Positions 1-9,678 of a stretch of 64,000 nt of DNA are shown piece after piece (position 1 is the stretch's first letter; each line of letters starts with the position of its first letter). Under the pieces are notes generated by a model that was not told the DNA's origin, made no database searches, and saw nothing but the letters and a program-made list of their open reading frames with translations. The translations under genes were made by a program, and so were the position numbers. This DNA comes from Steroidobacteraceae bacterium (GTDB taxonomy: Bacteria > Pseudomonadota > Gammaproteobacteria > Steroidobacterales > Steroidobacteraceae). The DNA lies in NCBI GenBank assembly GCA_044339635.1, contig JBIIVD010000003.1, forward strand, positions 24,278-88,277, given 5' to 3'.

Positions 1-1
1 G

Positions 2-379
2 CGCGCCAACGCCGCCGCCATCCTGCAGATGAACCTCGGCCGCGTCGGCGGCATCCTCGAGGCCAAGAAGATCGCGGGCATGGCGGAGGCGCAGCACGTG
101 CAGATCGCGCCGCATCTCTACTGCGGCCCCATCGTCGGCGCGGCCAACATCCAGCTCGCCGCCTGCAGCCCGAACTTCCTCATCCTCGAGGGCATCGAGC
201 GTTGGCAGGGCTTCCATGCCGAGATCCTGCGCAAGCCCATCCGCTGGGAGGACGGCTACGTCATCCCGTCGCGCGAGCCCGGCCTCGGAGTCGAGTTGAA
301 CGAAGCCGTCGCGCGCGCCAACCCCTACCGCGGCGACAAACTGCACCTCGAGATGACCCAGCATCCGGCGGGCGTCTGA
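2..379 (+). CDS. Enolase-superfamily (mandelate racemase/muconate-lactonizing enzyme family) protein, C-terminal fragment; the 5' end lies outside the window
   Basis: The reading frame is open from the window edge. The tail (...HLYCGPIVGAANIQLAACSPNFLILEGIERW...REPGLGVELNE...) resembles the C-terminal barrel end of MR/MLE-type dehydratases. Stop codon at 377-379. Confidence 0.7.
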   Translation, partial: RANAAAILQMNLGRVGGILEAKKIAGMAEAQHVQIAPHLYCGPIVGAANIQLAACSPNFLILEGIERWQGFHAEILRKPIRWEDGYVIPSREPGLGVELNEAVARANPYRGDKLHLEMTQHPAGV

Positions 380-392
380 GCCCGGAGACTCC

Positions 393-2018
393 GTGAACAC
401 CGAGACATTCGATTACGTGATCGTCGGCGGCGGCACCGCCGGGTGTGTGGTGGCGAGCCGTCTTGCGATGGCTTCGGATGCCAGCGTGCTGCTGCTCGAG
501 GCGGGCGGCAGCGACCTCAGGCCGATGATCCAGATCCCGATCGGCTATGCGCGCCTGCTCTTCGACAAGGACGTCAACTGGCTCTACGAGACCGAGCCCG
601 ACGCCGGGCTTGCCGGCCGTCGCAGCTTCTGGCCGCGCGGCAAGGTGTTGGGCGGCTCCGGCTCGATCAACGCCATGGTCTACATGCGCGGCTTGCCCAA
701 TGATTTCGACGACTGGCGCGCGATGGGCAACATCGGTTGGGGCTACGACGACGTGTTGCCGTTCTTCAAGCTCGCAGAGGACCATGACGACGGCGACCCG
801 CGCTACCACGGCCGCGGCGGCCCCATCCACGTCACCGACGTGTCGCCCGATGTCCATCCGCTGTGCGACCGATACATGGAGTCCTGCGAGTCGCTCGGTT
901 TCCCCGCCACGCCGGACTTCAACGGTGAGCGCGGCGAGGGCGTCGGCATCTACCAGATCAATACGCGCTCGGGTTTCCGTTCCTGCAGCGCCAACGAACA
1001 CCTGCGCAAGGCCCGCGGCCGCCGCAATCTCGAGGTGCGCACGAAGTCGCTCGCGACCCGGCTCGCCTTCGAGGGCAAGCGCGCGAGCGGCGTCCGGTAC
1101 CTGCGCGGTGGCGTCGAGCATGCGGTCACGGCCCGTCGCCAGGTGATCCTCTGCGGCGGCGCCATCAACACCCCGCAGCTCCTGCAGTTGTCGGGCGTCG
1201 GCGACGGTGCCCGGCTGCAGGCCATGGGCATCGCGCCCCTGCACGACAGCCCGGCGGTGGGCCGCAACCTGCAGGACCACCTCGCGGTCTCTTATTTCTA
1301 CGGTTCCTCGGTGCCGACGCTGAACGACCAGCTGGGGCCGTTCCTCGGCAAAGTGAAGGCGGCGATGCGCTATGCGTTCACGCGCCGCGGTCCGCTCTCG
1401 ATGAGCGTCAACCAGGGGGGCGGCTTCGTACGCAGCGATCCCGCGCAGCCGGTGCCCAACCTGCAGCTCTACTTCAACCCGGTGAGCTACACCCGCACGC
1501 CGCTCACGGACCGCAAGCTCCTGAGCCCGGATCCTTTCTCGGCCTTCCTGATCTCCTTCAACGCCTGCCGGCCGACCAGCCGCGGCGAGCTGCACATCGC
1601 GTCGACTGACCCCGCCGTGGCGCCGTCGATCCGCCCGAACTACCTCTCGACCCAGCGCGACCTTGACGAGGCACGCGCGGGCTGCCGATTGCTGCGGCGC
1701 ATCGCCGCCACGCGACCGCTCGCCGACGTCATCACCGGCGAGCTCTACCCGGGTCCGAAGGCGGTCAGCGATGACGACCTGCTGGAGGACTTCCGGCAGC
1801 GCGCCGACACGGTGTACCACCCGACCTGCACCGCCCGCATGGGCACCGACCCCGCCGATTCGGTGGTCGATACGAGGCTGCGGGCGCACGGCCTCGAGAA
1901 CCTGCGCATCATCGATGCCTCGGTGTTCCCGACCGTGACCTCGGGCAACACCAACGCGCCGACGGTCATGGTCGCGGAGAAGGGCGCCGCGATGCTGCTC
2001 GAGGACCTCGGGCGCTGA
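393..2018 (+). CDS. GMC-family FAD oxidoreductase (choline dehydrogenase-like)
   Basis: 541 aa. N-terminal FAD motif DYVIVGGGTAGCVVASRL. C-terminal GMC region HPTCTARMG...NLRIIDASVFP...NTNAPTVMVAEK. GTG start 13 nt after the upstream stop. Confidence 0.9.
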   Translation: MNTETFDYVIVGGGTAGCVVASRLAMASDASVLLLEAGGSDLRPMIQIPIGYARLLFDKDVNWLYETEPDAGLAGRRSFWPRGKVLGGSGSINAMVYMRGLPNDFDDWRAMGNIGWGYDDVLPFFKLAEDHDDGDPRYHGRGGPIHVTDVSPDVHPLCDRYMESCESLGFPATPDFNGERGEGVGIYQINTRSGFRSCSANEHLRKARGRRNLEVRTKSLATRLAFEGKRASGVRYLRGGVEHAVTARRQVILCGGAINTPQLLQLSGVGDGARLQAMGIAPLHDSPAVGRNLQDHLAVSYFYGSSVPTLNDQLGPFLGKVKAAMRYAFTRRGPLSMSVNQGGGFVRSDPAQPVPNLQLYFNPVSYTRTPLTDRKLLSPDPFSAFLISFNACRPTSRGELHIASTDPAVAPSIRPNYLSTQRDLDEARAGCRLLRRIAATRPLADVITGELYPGPKAVSDDDLLEDFRQRADTVYHPTCTARMGTDPADSVVDTRLRAHGLENLRIIDASVFPTVTSGNTNAPTVMVAEKGAAMLLEDLGR

Positions 2019-2022
2019 CCGC

Positions 2023-3612
2023 ATGACCGACACGGACCGCATCGCCCACCGCATCGGGAAGGACAACGTCCGGTTCCTCGGTTTCGATGTCCACCGGACG
2101 GTGTTCTTCGGTTCGGCCGCGCTCGTGCTGTTGGTGGTCGCGTGGGTGATCGCGTTCCCGGTCGCCGCGACGGACGGTTTCGCCGCGGCGCTGTCCTTCG
2201 TCACCTCGAAGGCAGGTTGGTTGATGGGTTCGCTCGCCAACCTCTTCGTGCTGTTCTGCCTGTTCCTCGTGGTGTCGCCCTACGGATCCGTGCGGCTCGG
2301 CGGGCCAGAGGCGCGGCCCGCGTTCTCGGACCTGTCGTGGTTCGCGATGCTGTTCGCCGCGGGCATGGGCATCGGCATCGTGTTCTATTCGGTCGCCGAG
2401 CCGATCTCGCATTTCACGAGCTCGATGGCGGCCGTCGGCGATGCGGCGGGCGGCGCGCCGCTCGGCGGCGCCGCGGGTGATGTCGCCGCTTCGACCCGGC
2501 TTGCGATGTCGGCGACGATCTTCCACTGGACGCTGCATCCCTGGTCGATCTTCGCGGTGGTCGCGGTCGGACTCGCGCTCTTCACCTACAACTACGGCCT
2601 GCCGCTCACCATCCGTTCGAGCCTCCACCCGCTGTTCGGCGATCGGGTCTGGGGGACGCTCGGCGACGTCGTCGACGGCCTCGCGGTGCTCGCGACGGTG
2701 GCCGGTCTCGCCACCTCCCTCGGCCTTGGCGCACAGCAGGCGCTCGCCGGCATGGGCTATCTCTTCGGCACTGAGCCGACCATGCTCAACCAGATCCTGC
2801 TGATCACCGTCATCGCTGCCGTCACCACCTTGTCGGTGTCGCTCGGCCTCGAGCGGGGCGTGAAGTGGCTGAGCCTCCTCAACATCGCGCTCGCGGCCGC
2901 GCTCTGCGTGTTCGTGATGCTCGTCGGGCCCACGGCCAAGGTGTTCGCGGGGCTGTGGGAGCACACGGTGGCCTGGGCGGGCAATTTCCCGGCGTTGTCC
3001 GGGGTCTTCGGCCGCGAGGATGGCCCGTTCTTCCGTGACTGGACCATCTTCTATTGGGCGTGGTGGACGGCCTGGGCGCCGTTCGTCGGCATGTTCATCG
3101 CGCGCATCTCGCGCGGCCGCACGGTGCGCCAGACGGTGTTCTTCGTGGTGCTTCTGCCGTCGCTGGTCTCGGTCGTCTGGTTCACCGTGTTCGGCACCGT
3201 GGCCATCGACCAGTTGGTCGTGGGCGGCAGTCGGGCGGTGGCGGATGCCGAGCTGCCGGTGAAACTCTTCGCGACGCTGCGCGGACTGCCCTGGGCCGAG
3301 CTCTCCAGCCTGGTCGGCATCATCCTCGTGATGGTGTTCTTCATCACGTCCTGGGATTCGGGCACCCTGGTGCTCGACACGCTGGCCTCGGGCGGCAAGA
3401 CCGACACCCGCAAGCTGCAGTCCGTGTTCTGGATCCTGGTGGTCGGCGCCGCGGCGGTCGCCTTGCTGCTCGGTGGCGGTCTGCGCTCCCTGCAGTCCGG
3501 GTCCGTCGTCACCGGCCTGCCGTTCATGATCGTCATCACGCTGATCTGTGCGGGCACGCTGCGCGGCCTCGTGCAGGCGCGTCGTCAGGGCCTGGAGAAA
3601 AACGGGGGTTGA
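2023..3612 (+). CDS. BCCT-family (betaine/carnitine/choline) transporter
   Basis: 529 aa, polytopic. Contains the BCCT signature stretch WTIFYWAWWTAWAPFVGMFIARISRGRT. Starts 4 nt after the GMC stop. Confidence 0.9.
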   Translation: MTDTDRIAHRIGKDNVRFLGFDVHRTVFFGSAALVLLVVAWVIAFPVAATDGFAAALSFVTSKAGWLMGSLANLFVLFCLFLVVSPYGSVRLGGPEARPAFSDLSWFAMLFAAGMGIGIVFYSVAEPISHFTSSMAAVGDAAGGAPLGGAAGDVAASTRLAMSATIFHWTLHPWSIFAVVAVGLALFTYNYGLPLTIRSSLHPLFGDRVWGTLGDVVDGLAVLATVAGLATSLGLGAQQALAGMGYLFGTEPTMLNQILLITVIAAVTTLSVSLGLERGVKWLSLLNIALAAALCVFVMLVGPTAKVFAGLWEHTVAWAGNFPALSGVFGREDGPFFRDWTIFYWAWWTAWAPFVGMFIARISRGRTVRQTVFFVVLLPSLVSVVWFTVFGTVAIDQLVVGGSRAVADAELPVKLFATLRGLPWAELSSLVGIILVMVFFITSWDSGTLVLDTLASGGKTDTRKLQSVFWILVVGAAAVALLLGGGLRSLQSGSVVTGLPFMIVITLICAGTLRGLVQARRQGLEKNGG

Positions 3613-3614
3613 AG

Positions 3615-4538
3615 ATGTACAAGGTATCCAAGATCACATCGTGGTGCGTCGCTGCGCTGCTCGCGGTGGGGTCGGGAGCGCCTGCGCAGGCAGCGCCGTC
3701 CGGGCAGCCGGGTGCCTGGGGCGCGGAGCGCAAGACCGTCACGCTCGCCAACGGCATGCGCATGGGGTACGTGGAGTTGGGCGATCCGGCCAAGCCGGCG
3801 ATCATCTTCCTGCACGGATTCACCAACAGTTCGCTCGGCTACCTGCCGCTCGGCCATCTGCTCGCCAAGGACCATCGCGTGTTCCTCCTCGACCAGCGTG
3901 GCCACGGCGAATCCGACAAGCCCCCGTGCTGCTACACGCGGCTTGACCTCGCCCACGACGCCAAGCTGTTCATGGACCGATTCGGCCTGCAAAAAGCCCA
4001 CGTCGCGGGGCATTCTTTGGGTGGCATGGTCGCCCAGACCTTGGCGGCGTTCTGGCCGGAGCGGGTCGACCGGTTGATGGTCATCGGTTCGACCATCGGG
4101 CGCCGCAGCCTGCCGAGCCGCGATACGCCGCGTCCGCCGCCGACCTTCGGGCCGCTGGACGCCGACATCCGCGCGCTCAAGGATCCGATCGATCCCGATT
4201 CGGCGTTCATGAAGGTGTGGTGGGACGTGCCGGGTCTCGACCCGAAGATCCAGTACCACATGCGCCGGGAGTCGGCGCGGATCCCGGCGGACATCTGGCG
4301 GGCCATGCTCGACCAGGGCGAGGTCTCGCGCGACCTTCGCACCACCGCGCATCGCATCACCGCGCCGACATTGCTGCTGTTCGGCGGCAAAGACGCGCTG
4401 TTCAGCGCCGAGGACAACCGCGAGATGGCCTCGTGGCTGCCCCATGCCAAGGTGGTCACGCTCGAGGCGCTCGGGCACTCGTTGCCCGAAGAGGATCCGG
4501 CGGCCGTCGGTGCCGAACTGCTGGCGTTCCTGCGCTAG
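3615..4538 (+). CDS. Secreted alpha/beta-fold hydrolase
   Basis: Uses the in-frame internal ATG of ORF 3054..4538, 2 nt after the BCCT stop. Signal-peptide-like N-terminus MYKVSKITSWCVAALLAVGSGAPAQA. HGF oxyanion motif, nucleophile elbow GHSLGG and a C-terminal GH. The part of the ORF upstream of 3615 overlaps the BCCT gene out of frame. Confidence 0.8.
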   Translation: MYKVSKITSWCVAALLAVGSGAPAQAAPSGQPGAWGAERKTVTLANGMRMGYVELGDPAKPAIIFLHGFTNSSLGYLPLGHLLAKDHRVFLLDQRGHGESDKPPCCYTRLDLAHDAKLFMDRFGLQKAHVAGHSLGGMVAQTLAAFWPERVDRLMVIGSTIGRRSLPSRDTPRPPPTFGPLDADIRALKDPIDPDSAFMKVWWDVPGLDPKIQYHMRRESARIPADIWRAMLDQGEVSRDLRTTAHRITAPTLLLFGGKDALFSAEDNREMASWLPHAKVVTLEALGHSLPEEDPAAVGAELLAFLR

Positions 4539-4592
4539 GCGTCTGCGACCGGCGGACCGGGCAGAGACCTTCGCGCGAGTCCCCGTCGCGGC

Positions 4593-7500
4593 TCAGTCGA
4601 GGCTCAGCAGTGCCGTGTTGCCGCCGGTCGCGGTGGTGTTCACCGTGAGCGTGCGCTCGGTGGTGAAGCGCGCGAGGTAATGCGGACCGCCGGCCTTGGG
4701 GCCGGTGCCGGAGAGGCCGCTGCCGCCGAAGGGCTGCACGCCGACCACGGCGCCGATCATGTTCCGGTTCACGTAGACATTGCCGGCGGAGGATCGGGCG
4801 TACACGGTCTCCTGCGTGCCTTCGAGGCGGGTCTGTACGCCGAGCGTGAGGCCGTAGCCGTTGTCGCGCAGCGCCGCCAGCAACGCGGGCAGCTCCGAAG
4901 ACGTGTAGCGCAACACGTGCAGCACCGGACCGAAGGCTTCCTGCGTCAGTGACCGGGCGTCGTCGATCTCGAGCAGCGTCGGCGCGACGAACTGCCGCGG
5001 GTCGATGCGGGCTTCGCGGGCGAGACGCTCGAGCTCCGGTGTCGGGGGCAGGGCCGCGCTGCGCCGCATCCGTGCACCGGCGGCCTGCATCGTGGCGATG
5101 TGCGCGCGCAAGCCGTCGGCGGCGGCGACCGTGATCACCGGTCCGACATCCGTCGCAGGATCCGCGGGGTCGCCGACGACGAGCGTGTCCATCGCGCCCT
5201 CGAGCATCTCGAGGACGCGAGACGCGCTGTCCTCCTGCAGGCATAGCAGCCGCAACGCGGAACAGCGCTGGCCGGCGCTGCCGAACGCGGAGTGGACCGC
5301 ATCATCCACCACCTGTTCCGGCAAGGCCGTCGAGTCGACGATCATCGCGTTGATGCCGCCGGTCTCGGCGATCAGCGGCAGGATCGCGCCGTCCCGTGCG
5401 GCGAGCGCGCGGTTGAGCCAGCGTCCGGTGGCCGTGGAGCCGGTGAACACCACCCCGGCGAGCGCCGCATGCTTGAGCGCCGTCTCGCCGAACACCCGCC
5501 CGACCATCGGCAAGGTGGCGAGGGCCGCCTGCGGGACGCCGGCGGCGTGCAGCAGCTCGGTGAAGGCGAGCGCGACGCGCGGTGTGGTCTCCGCGGGCTT
5601 GGCGACCACGGTGTTGCCGGTGACGAGCGCCGCGACCACCTGGCCCGCAAAGATGGCGAGCGGGAAGTTCCACGGGCTGATGCAGGCCCACACCCCGCGC
5701 GGCGAGAGCGCCAAGGCATTCGATTCGCCGGTGGGACCGGGCAAGGGCAGCGCCGAGGTCTGCAACCGCCGAGCCTCGGTCGCGTAGTAACGGCAGAAGT
5801 CGGCCGCTTCGCGCACTTCGGCGATGGCGTCGCCGAGGGTCTTGCCGGCCTCATGCACCAGCAACGCGAGGAAGCGCTCGCGCGAGGCCTCGAGCGCATC
5901 GGCCGCGCGTTCGAGACAGGCGGCCCGGGTGTCGACCGGTCGAGCCGCCCAGACGGTGAAGGCGGCGGCCGCCGCATCGAAGGCCGCATCGACCGCCGTG
6001 GCGCTCGCGAAGGGCGGAGCAGGCGCGAGCGCGGCGCGGGCCGCGGGCTCATCGCGTCGCAGCACGACGCCGAGCGCGTCCAGCGTGGCGGTGCGACCGA
6101 GATCGAGTCCGCCCGAATTGGCGCGCGCGTCGCCATAGAGCGCCGGCGGCGCGGGGATGCGCGGGTGGGCGAGGGGGGCGCCGGTCCCGGCGAGCTGCGC
6201 TTCGACCACCGTGAGCGGGTCGCTCACGATCTGCTCGAGCGGCACGTCCTCGTCCATGAACCGGTTCACGAACGAGGTGTTGGCGCCGTTCTCGAGCAAG
6301 CGCCGCACCAGGTAGGCCAGCAGGTCCGCATGCGGTCCGACGGGCGCATAGGCGCGTACGGGCGGGAAATCCTCGAGGCTGCGTCGCGCCTCGTCGTACA
6401 GCAGGCCGCCCATGCCGTGCAGCCGTTGGAACTCGAGCGCGGCGCCCTTGGAACGCATCGCCAGCACGGCGCCGATGCTGTGCGCGTTGTGGGTCGCGAA
6501 CTGCGGGTAGACGAGCGGACCCGCGGCGAGCAGGCGTCGCGCGCAGCCGAGCCATGAGGCATCGGTCGAGGTCTTGCGCGTATAGACCGGGTAGCGGGTG
6601 AGCCCGCGTTCCTGTGCGCGCTTGATCTCGCTGTCCCAATAAGCGCCTTTCACGAGCCGCACCGCGATCGGCCGGCGCAGTTCGCGGGCGAGGGCCACGA
6701 GGTGGTCGACGACCGCCGCGGCGCGGCGACCGTACGCCTGCACGGCAAGCCCCAGGCCCGGGGCGTCCCGGGTGGCCGGGTCGCGCAGCAGTGCCTCGAC
6801 GAGTTCCAGCGAGATCTCGAGGCGGTCCTGCTCCTCGGCGTCGATGGTCAACGCGAGACCCCGCGCGGCGGCGAGCCTTGCGAGTTCTTGTGCCCGCGGC
6901 AGCAGTTTGGCGAGGGTGCGCCGGCGTTGCAGCAGCGAGTAGCGCGGGTCGAGCGCGGAGAGCTTGATGGAGATCCCGTGACGGTCCTGCGGTGCGGGGA
7001 CGCCGCGGGCACCGGCGATGCCGCCTGCTGCCGCGGCCGTGTTCGCCCGCGCGATGGTCTCGATCGCGCCGGCGTAGGCGTCGGCATAACGGACAGCATC
7101 GGCGTCCGTGCGCGCGCCTTCGCCCAGCATGTCGAAGGAGCACAGCGCCAGCGCCGGATCGCGGCGGCAGCGCTCGAGCGCCTCGTCGATGCTGCGTCCG
7201 ACGACGAACTCGCCGCCGATGATCTTCATGGCGCGGCGCAGGGCCTGGCGGACGATCGGCTCGCTGGCGCGCTGCGTGAGGCCGCGCAACCAGCCACCGG
7301 CGTCGCCGCGCCGCAGCTCGCCCGGCAGGTCGACGAGGCGGCCGGTGAGCATCAGCCCCCAGGTCGAGGCGTTCACGAACAGCGAGTCCGAGCGCCCCGC
7401 GTGGGCATCCCAATCGCCGGCGGCGAGTTTCTCCGCGATCAGGCGGTCGGCCGTCTCGTCATCCGGGATGCGCAACAGTGCCTCGGCGAGGCACATGAGG

Positions 7501-7700
7501 GCGATCCCTTCCTGGTTGGAGAGGCCGAACTCCTGCAGGAAGGCGTCGAGGTAGGGGCGCTCGTCGGCGCGCGCGCGGGCGCCGGCGACCACGGCGCGAG
7601 CGGTGGCAAGGGCGGTGGCGCGTTCCGGGGCGGACAGGGCGGGCAGCAGGTCGCGAAGGTCGTCCGACTCGTCGCGTTCCGGGGGTGATCTGAATTCCAT
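4593..7700 (-). CDS. putA: Bifunctional proline dehydrogenase / L-glutamate-gamma-semialdehyde dehydrogenase PutA (short form, no obvious N-terminal DNA-binding domain)
   Basis: 1035 aa from the Met at 7700 (MEFRSPPERDE...). A proline dehydrogenase barrel region is followed by an aldehyde dehydrogenase domain (FTGSTATG, ETGGINAMIVD, GQRCSALR). The 37 codons upstream in the ORF look like non-coding read-through. Confidence 0.9.
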   Translation of the reverse strand: MEFRSPPERDESDDLRDLLPALSAPERATALATARAVVAGARARADERPYLDAFLQEFGLSNQEGIALMCLAEALLRIPDDETADRLIAEKLAAGDWDAHAGRSDSLFVNASTWGLMLTGRLVDLPGELRRGDAGGWLRGLTQRASEPIVRQALRRAMKIIGGEFVVGRSIDEALERCRRDPALALCSFDMLGEGARTDADAVRYADAYAGAIETIARANTAAAAGGIAGARGVPAPQDRHGISIKLSALDPRYSLLQRRRTLAKLLPRAQELARLAAARGLALTIDAEEQDRLEISLELVEALLRDPATRDAPGLGLAVQAYGRRAAAVVDHLVALARELRRPIAVRLVKGAYWDSEIKRAQERGLTRYPVYTRKTSTDASWLGCARRLLAAGPLVYPQFATHNAHSIGAVLAMRSKGAALEFQRLHGMGGLLYDEARRSLEDFPPVRAYAPVGPHADLLAYLVRRLLENGANTSFVNRFMDEDVPLEQIVSDPLTVVEAQLAGTGAPLAHPRIPAPPALYGDARANSGGLDLGRTATLDALGVVLRRDEPAARAALAPAPPFASATAVDAAFDAAAAAFTVWAARPVDTRAACLERAADALEASRERFLALLVHEAGKTLGDAIAEVREAADFCRYYATEARRLQTSALPLPGPTGESNALALSPRGVWACISPWNFPLAIFAGQVVAALVTGNTVVAKPAETTPRVALAFTELLHAAGVPQAALATLPMVGRVFGETALKHAALAGVVFTGSTATGRWLNRALAARDGAILPLIAETGGINAMIVDSTALPEQVVDDAVHSAFGSAGQRCSALRLLCLQEDSASRVLEMLEGAMDTLVVGDPADPATDVGPVITVAAADGLRAHIATMQAAGARMRRSAALPPTPELERLAREARIDPRQFVAPTLLEIDDARSLTQEAFGPVLHVLRYTSSELPALLAALRDNGYGLTLGVQTRLEGTQETVYARSSAGNVYVNRNMIGAVVGVQPFGGSGLSGTGPKAGGPHYLARFTTERTLTVNTTATGGNTALLSLD

Positions 7701-7801
7701 GCGCCAATGGTAATCGGGCGGCATTCCGGATGGGGCTCCGGTATCATCGGGCATCCGCCCCAACGGGCCTGACCACGCGCCAGCCGCAGACGGAACTCTC
7801 C

Positions 7802-8899
7802 ATGGAACCACTCGGTCCCCCGCAAGCCGAACCTTCGAGCACCACCAGCCGCAAGGCGCTGCTGCTCGCCTTCGAGAACGCCGGCTACCTCACCCCCGCC
7901 ATCGCGCTGCTCGTCGACCTCGCCATCTTCTCGGGCGGCGTCGCGCTGGTGCTGGCGAGCACCCCGCTATGGGTCAAGATCCTGGGTTCGATGCTCGTCA
8001 CCGCCGGCATCGTCCGCCTGTTCCTCATCGGCCATGACGCCTGCCACGGCTCGTTCTTCAAGAGCCGGCTGCTGAACGACATCTTCGGCCGGGTCGCGTT
8101 CCTGCCGTCGATGACGGCGTTCAGCCTCTGGGATGTCGGCCACAACGTGGCGCACCACGGCTTCAACAACCTGAAGGGCCGCGACCAGGTGTGGGCGCCG
8201 TTCTCCAAGGAAGAGTTCGATGCACTGCCGCGGCACCGCCGCGTCCTGGAGCGCATCTACCGAGGCGGCGCGGGCTGGGGCCTCTACTACTTCCTCGAGC
8301 TCTGGTGGAAGAAGCTCTACTTCGCCACCAAGAAGCAGATCGGCGCGAGCCGCGCCAAGTACCAGTGGGACAGCGTGCTCGTCACCGCGGGCATGGTCGC
8401 TTGGGTGGCGGTGGTCGCCCTCGTCGCCGAGCGCACGGACCAGAACTTCTGGCTGCTGCTGGCCTTGGCCGTGATCGTGCCGTTCGCGCTCTGGAACGTC
8501 GTGATGGGCTTCGTGGTGTTCGTCCACCACACACACCCGAAGATCGCCTGGTTCTCCAAGCGCCACGAATGGCAGCGCCATCGCGCCTATCTTTCGGCGA
8601 CGGTGCGGGTGCGGTTCCCGTTCGGCATCGACCGCTTGATGCACAACATCATGGAGCACAACGCGCACCACCTGAACCCGCGCATCCCGATGTACTCCCT
8701 GCGCCGGGCGCAGGCCGTGCTCGAGGAGCGTTTCTCGGAGTCGTTCCAGGCCTACCGCATGACCTGGCAGAGCTACCGGGACTGCGTGCGGAGCTGCAAG
8801 CTGTACGACTACGCGAACCACGCCTGGCTCGATTTCCGCGGTCAGGTCACCTCGCGCGTGCCGCTCGAGGATGCCCCGCCCGCCGCCGCGGCGGCCTGA
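7802..8899 (+). CDS. Membrane fatty-acid desaturase family protein
   Basis: 365 aa from ATG 7802. Three histidine boxes (HDACH, HNVAHH, HNAHH) separated by hydrophobic segments. Confidence 0.8.
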   Translation: MEPLGPPQAEPSSTTSRKALLLAFENAGYLTPAIALLVDLAIFSGGVALVLASTPLWVKILGSMLVTAGIVRLFLIGHDACHGSFFKSRLLNDIFGRVAFLPSMTAFSLWDVGHNVAHHGFNNLKGRDQVWAPFSKEEFDALPRHRRVLERIYRGGAGWGLYYFLELWWKKLYFATKKQIGASRAKYQWDSVLVTAGMVAWVAVVALVAERTDQNFWLLLALAVIVPFALWNVVMGFVVFVHHTHPKIAWFSKRHEWQRHRAYLSATVRVRFPFGIDRLMHNIMEHNAHHLNPRIPMYSLRRAQAVLEERFSESFQAYRMTWQSYRDCVRSCKLYDYANHAWLDFRGQVTSRVPLEDAPPAAAAA

Positions 8900-9678
8900 C
8901 GGCGCCCGACGATCTCTACCGCATCGCCGGCGCGCAGCACCGACCCTGCGCCGGCGATCACCTCCGCGTTCCAACCGAAGGTGGCGCCCTTGAGCGCCGG
9001 ATCGAACCGCGACCGGCGCAGCGCCGGCATCGGATCCACGCCCGGCTGACCGCTCTGCTGGTCGATCCCCGTCACCACGCAACGCGTGCAGGCCTTGACC
9101 AGCCGCAGTCGCGCGGTGCCGATCCTCAGTTCGCGGATGTCGTCTTCCGCCCAAGGCGGCCAACCGTCGATCACCAGGTTCGGGCGGAACCGGGCCATGG
9201 GGATGCCGGAGGGCAGCATTTCATTGAGTGCCGCGAGCGACGCGAGGTTGCAGACCAGCAGCGGGTAGCCGTCGGGGAAGGTGGCATCCTCCGCCATCAC
9301 CAGCCGCGCCGGCATGCCGAGCAGACGTTCCGCGAACGTGGCCGCCTGCGCGCCACAATCGCGCGCGGCGACCTCGCGGCGCCACACCCTTACCCAGCGC
9401 TGCTCGGCGGCCTCCGTGGGCAGGGCTGCCGGAGCGGGCAGGTCGAGGACGCCGGCGTCGGGGTGCATCAATCGCAGGCTGCCATCGGATCCGGGGGTCG
9501 CGTCGAGCCGCGCCAAGGTCGGATGGCTGCGTTGGGTGACGAAGCGGTCCGCGGCATCGACGAACAGCCAACTGCGGTCATGCCGCAAGCCGTGACGGCC
9601 GAGATGCGCGGTGTCGAGGTCGATCGCGCGTCCTGACTTGACCGGGTAGCAGTGCAGGGTGTGCAGGCGGGCGTCCAT
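8842..9678 (-). CDS. MOSC domain-containing protein (YcbX-like, no C-terminal ferredoxin domain)
   Basis: 278 aa from ATG 9678. MDARLHTLHCYPVKSGR matches a typical MOSC N-terminal beta-barrel start. MOSC region ...RFRPNLVIDG...LVKACTRCVVTGIDQ... The 3' end overlaps the desaturase 3' end by 58 nt. Confidence 0.75.
   Translation of the reverse strand: MDARLHTLHCYPVKSGRAIDLDTAHLGRHGLRHDRSWLFVDAADRFVTQRSHPTLARLDATPGSDGSLRLMHPDAGVLDLPAPAALPTEAAEQRWVRVWRREVAARDCGAQAATFAERLLGMPARLVMAEDATFPDGYPLLVCNLASLAALNEMLPSGIPMARFRPNLVIDGWPPWAEDDIRELRIGTARLRLVKACTRCVVTGIDQQSGQPGVDPMPALRRSRFDPALKGATFGWNAEVIAGAGSVLRAGDAVEIVGRRQAAAAAGGASSSGTREVT

Noticed and set aside
261-2240. A 659-aa ORF antisense to the GMC oxidoreductase. 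There are similar very long antisense or out-of-frame ORFs elsewhere: 5292-6557 (+), 15073-16683 (-), 19937-22570 (-), 29410-31977 (-), 36533-39931 (-, 1132 aa), 54004-55710 (-) and 54729-56942 (+).
   Set aside because: These are typical artefacts of about 70% GC, where stop codons are rare in every frame. Their translations are Arg/Ala/Gly/Pro/His-rich, low-complexity and without recognisable motifs. In each case the opposite strand or another frame encodes a protein with unambiguous family signatures.
3054-3614. N-terminal extensions in the ORF track that seem to make much longer proteins: 3054-4538, 16040-18832, 33954-35666, 45315-46754, 51945-53366, 53007-54020, 56016-57689 and 58619-60598.
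   Set aside because: The extensions overlap the preceding, well-supported gene in a different frame and translate to Arg/Pro-rich noise. Each ORF has an internal in-frame ATG or GTG right after the upstream stop, or overlapping it, where the recognisable family N-terminus begins.
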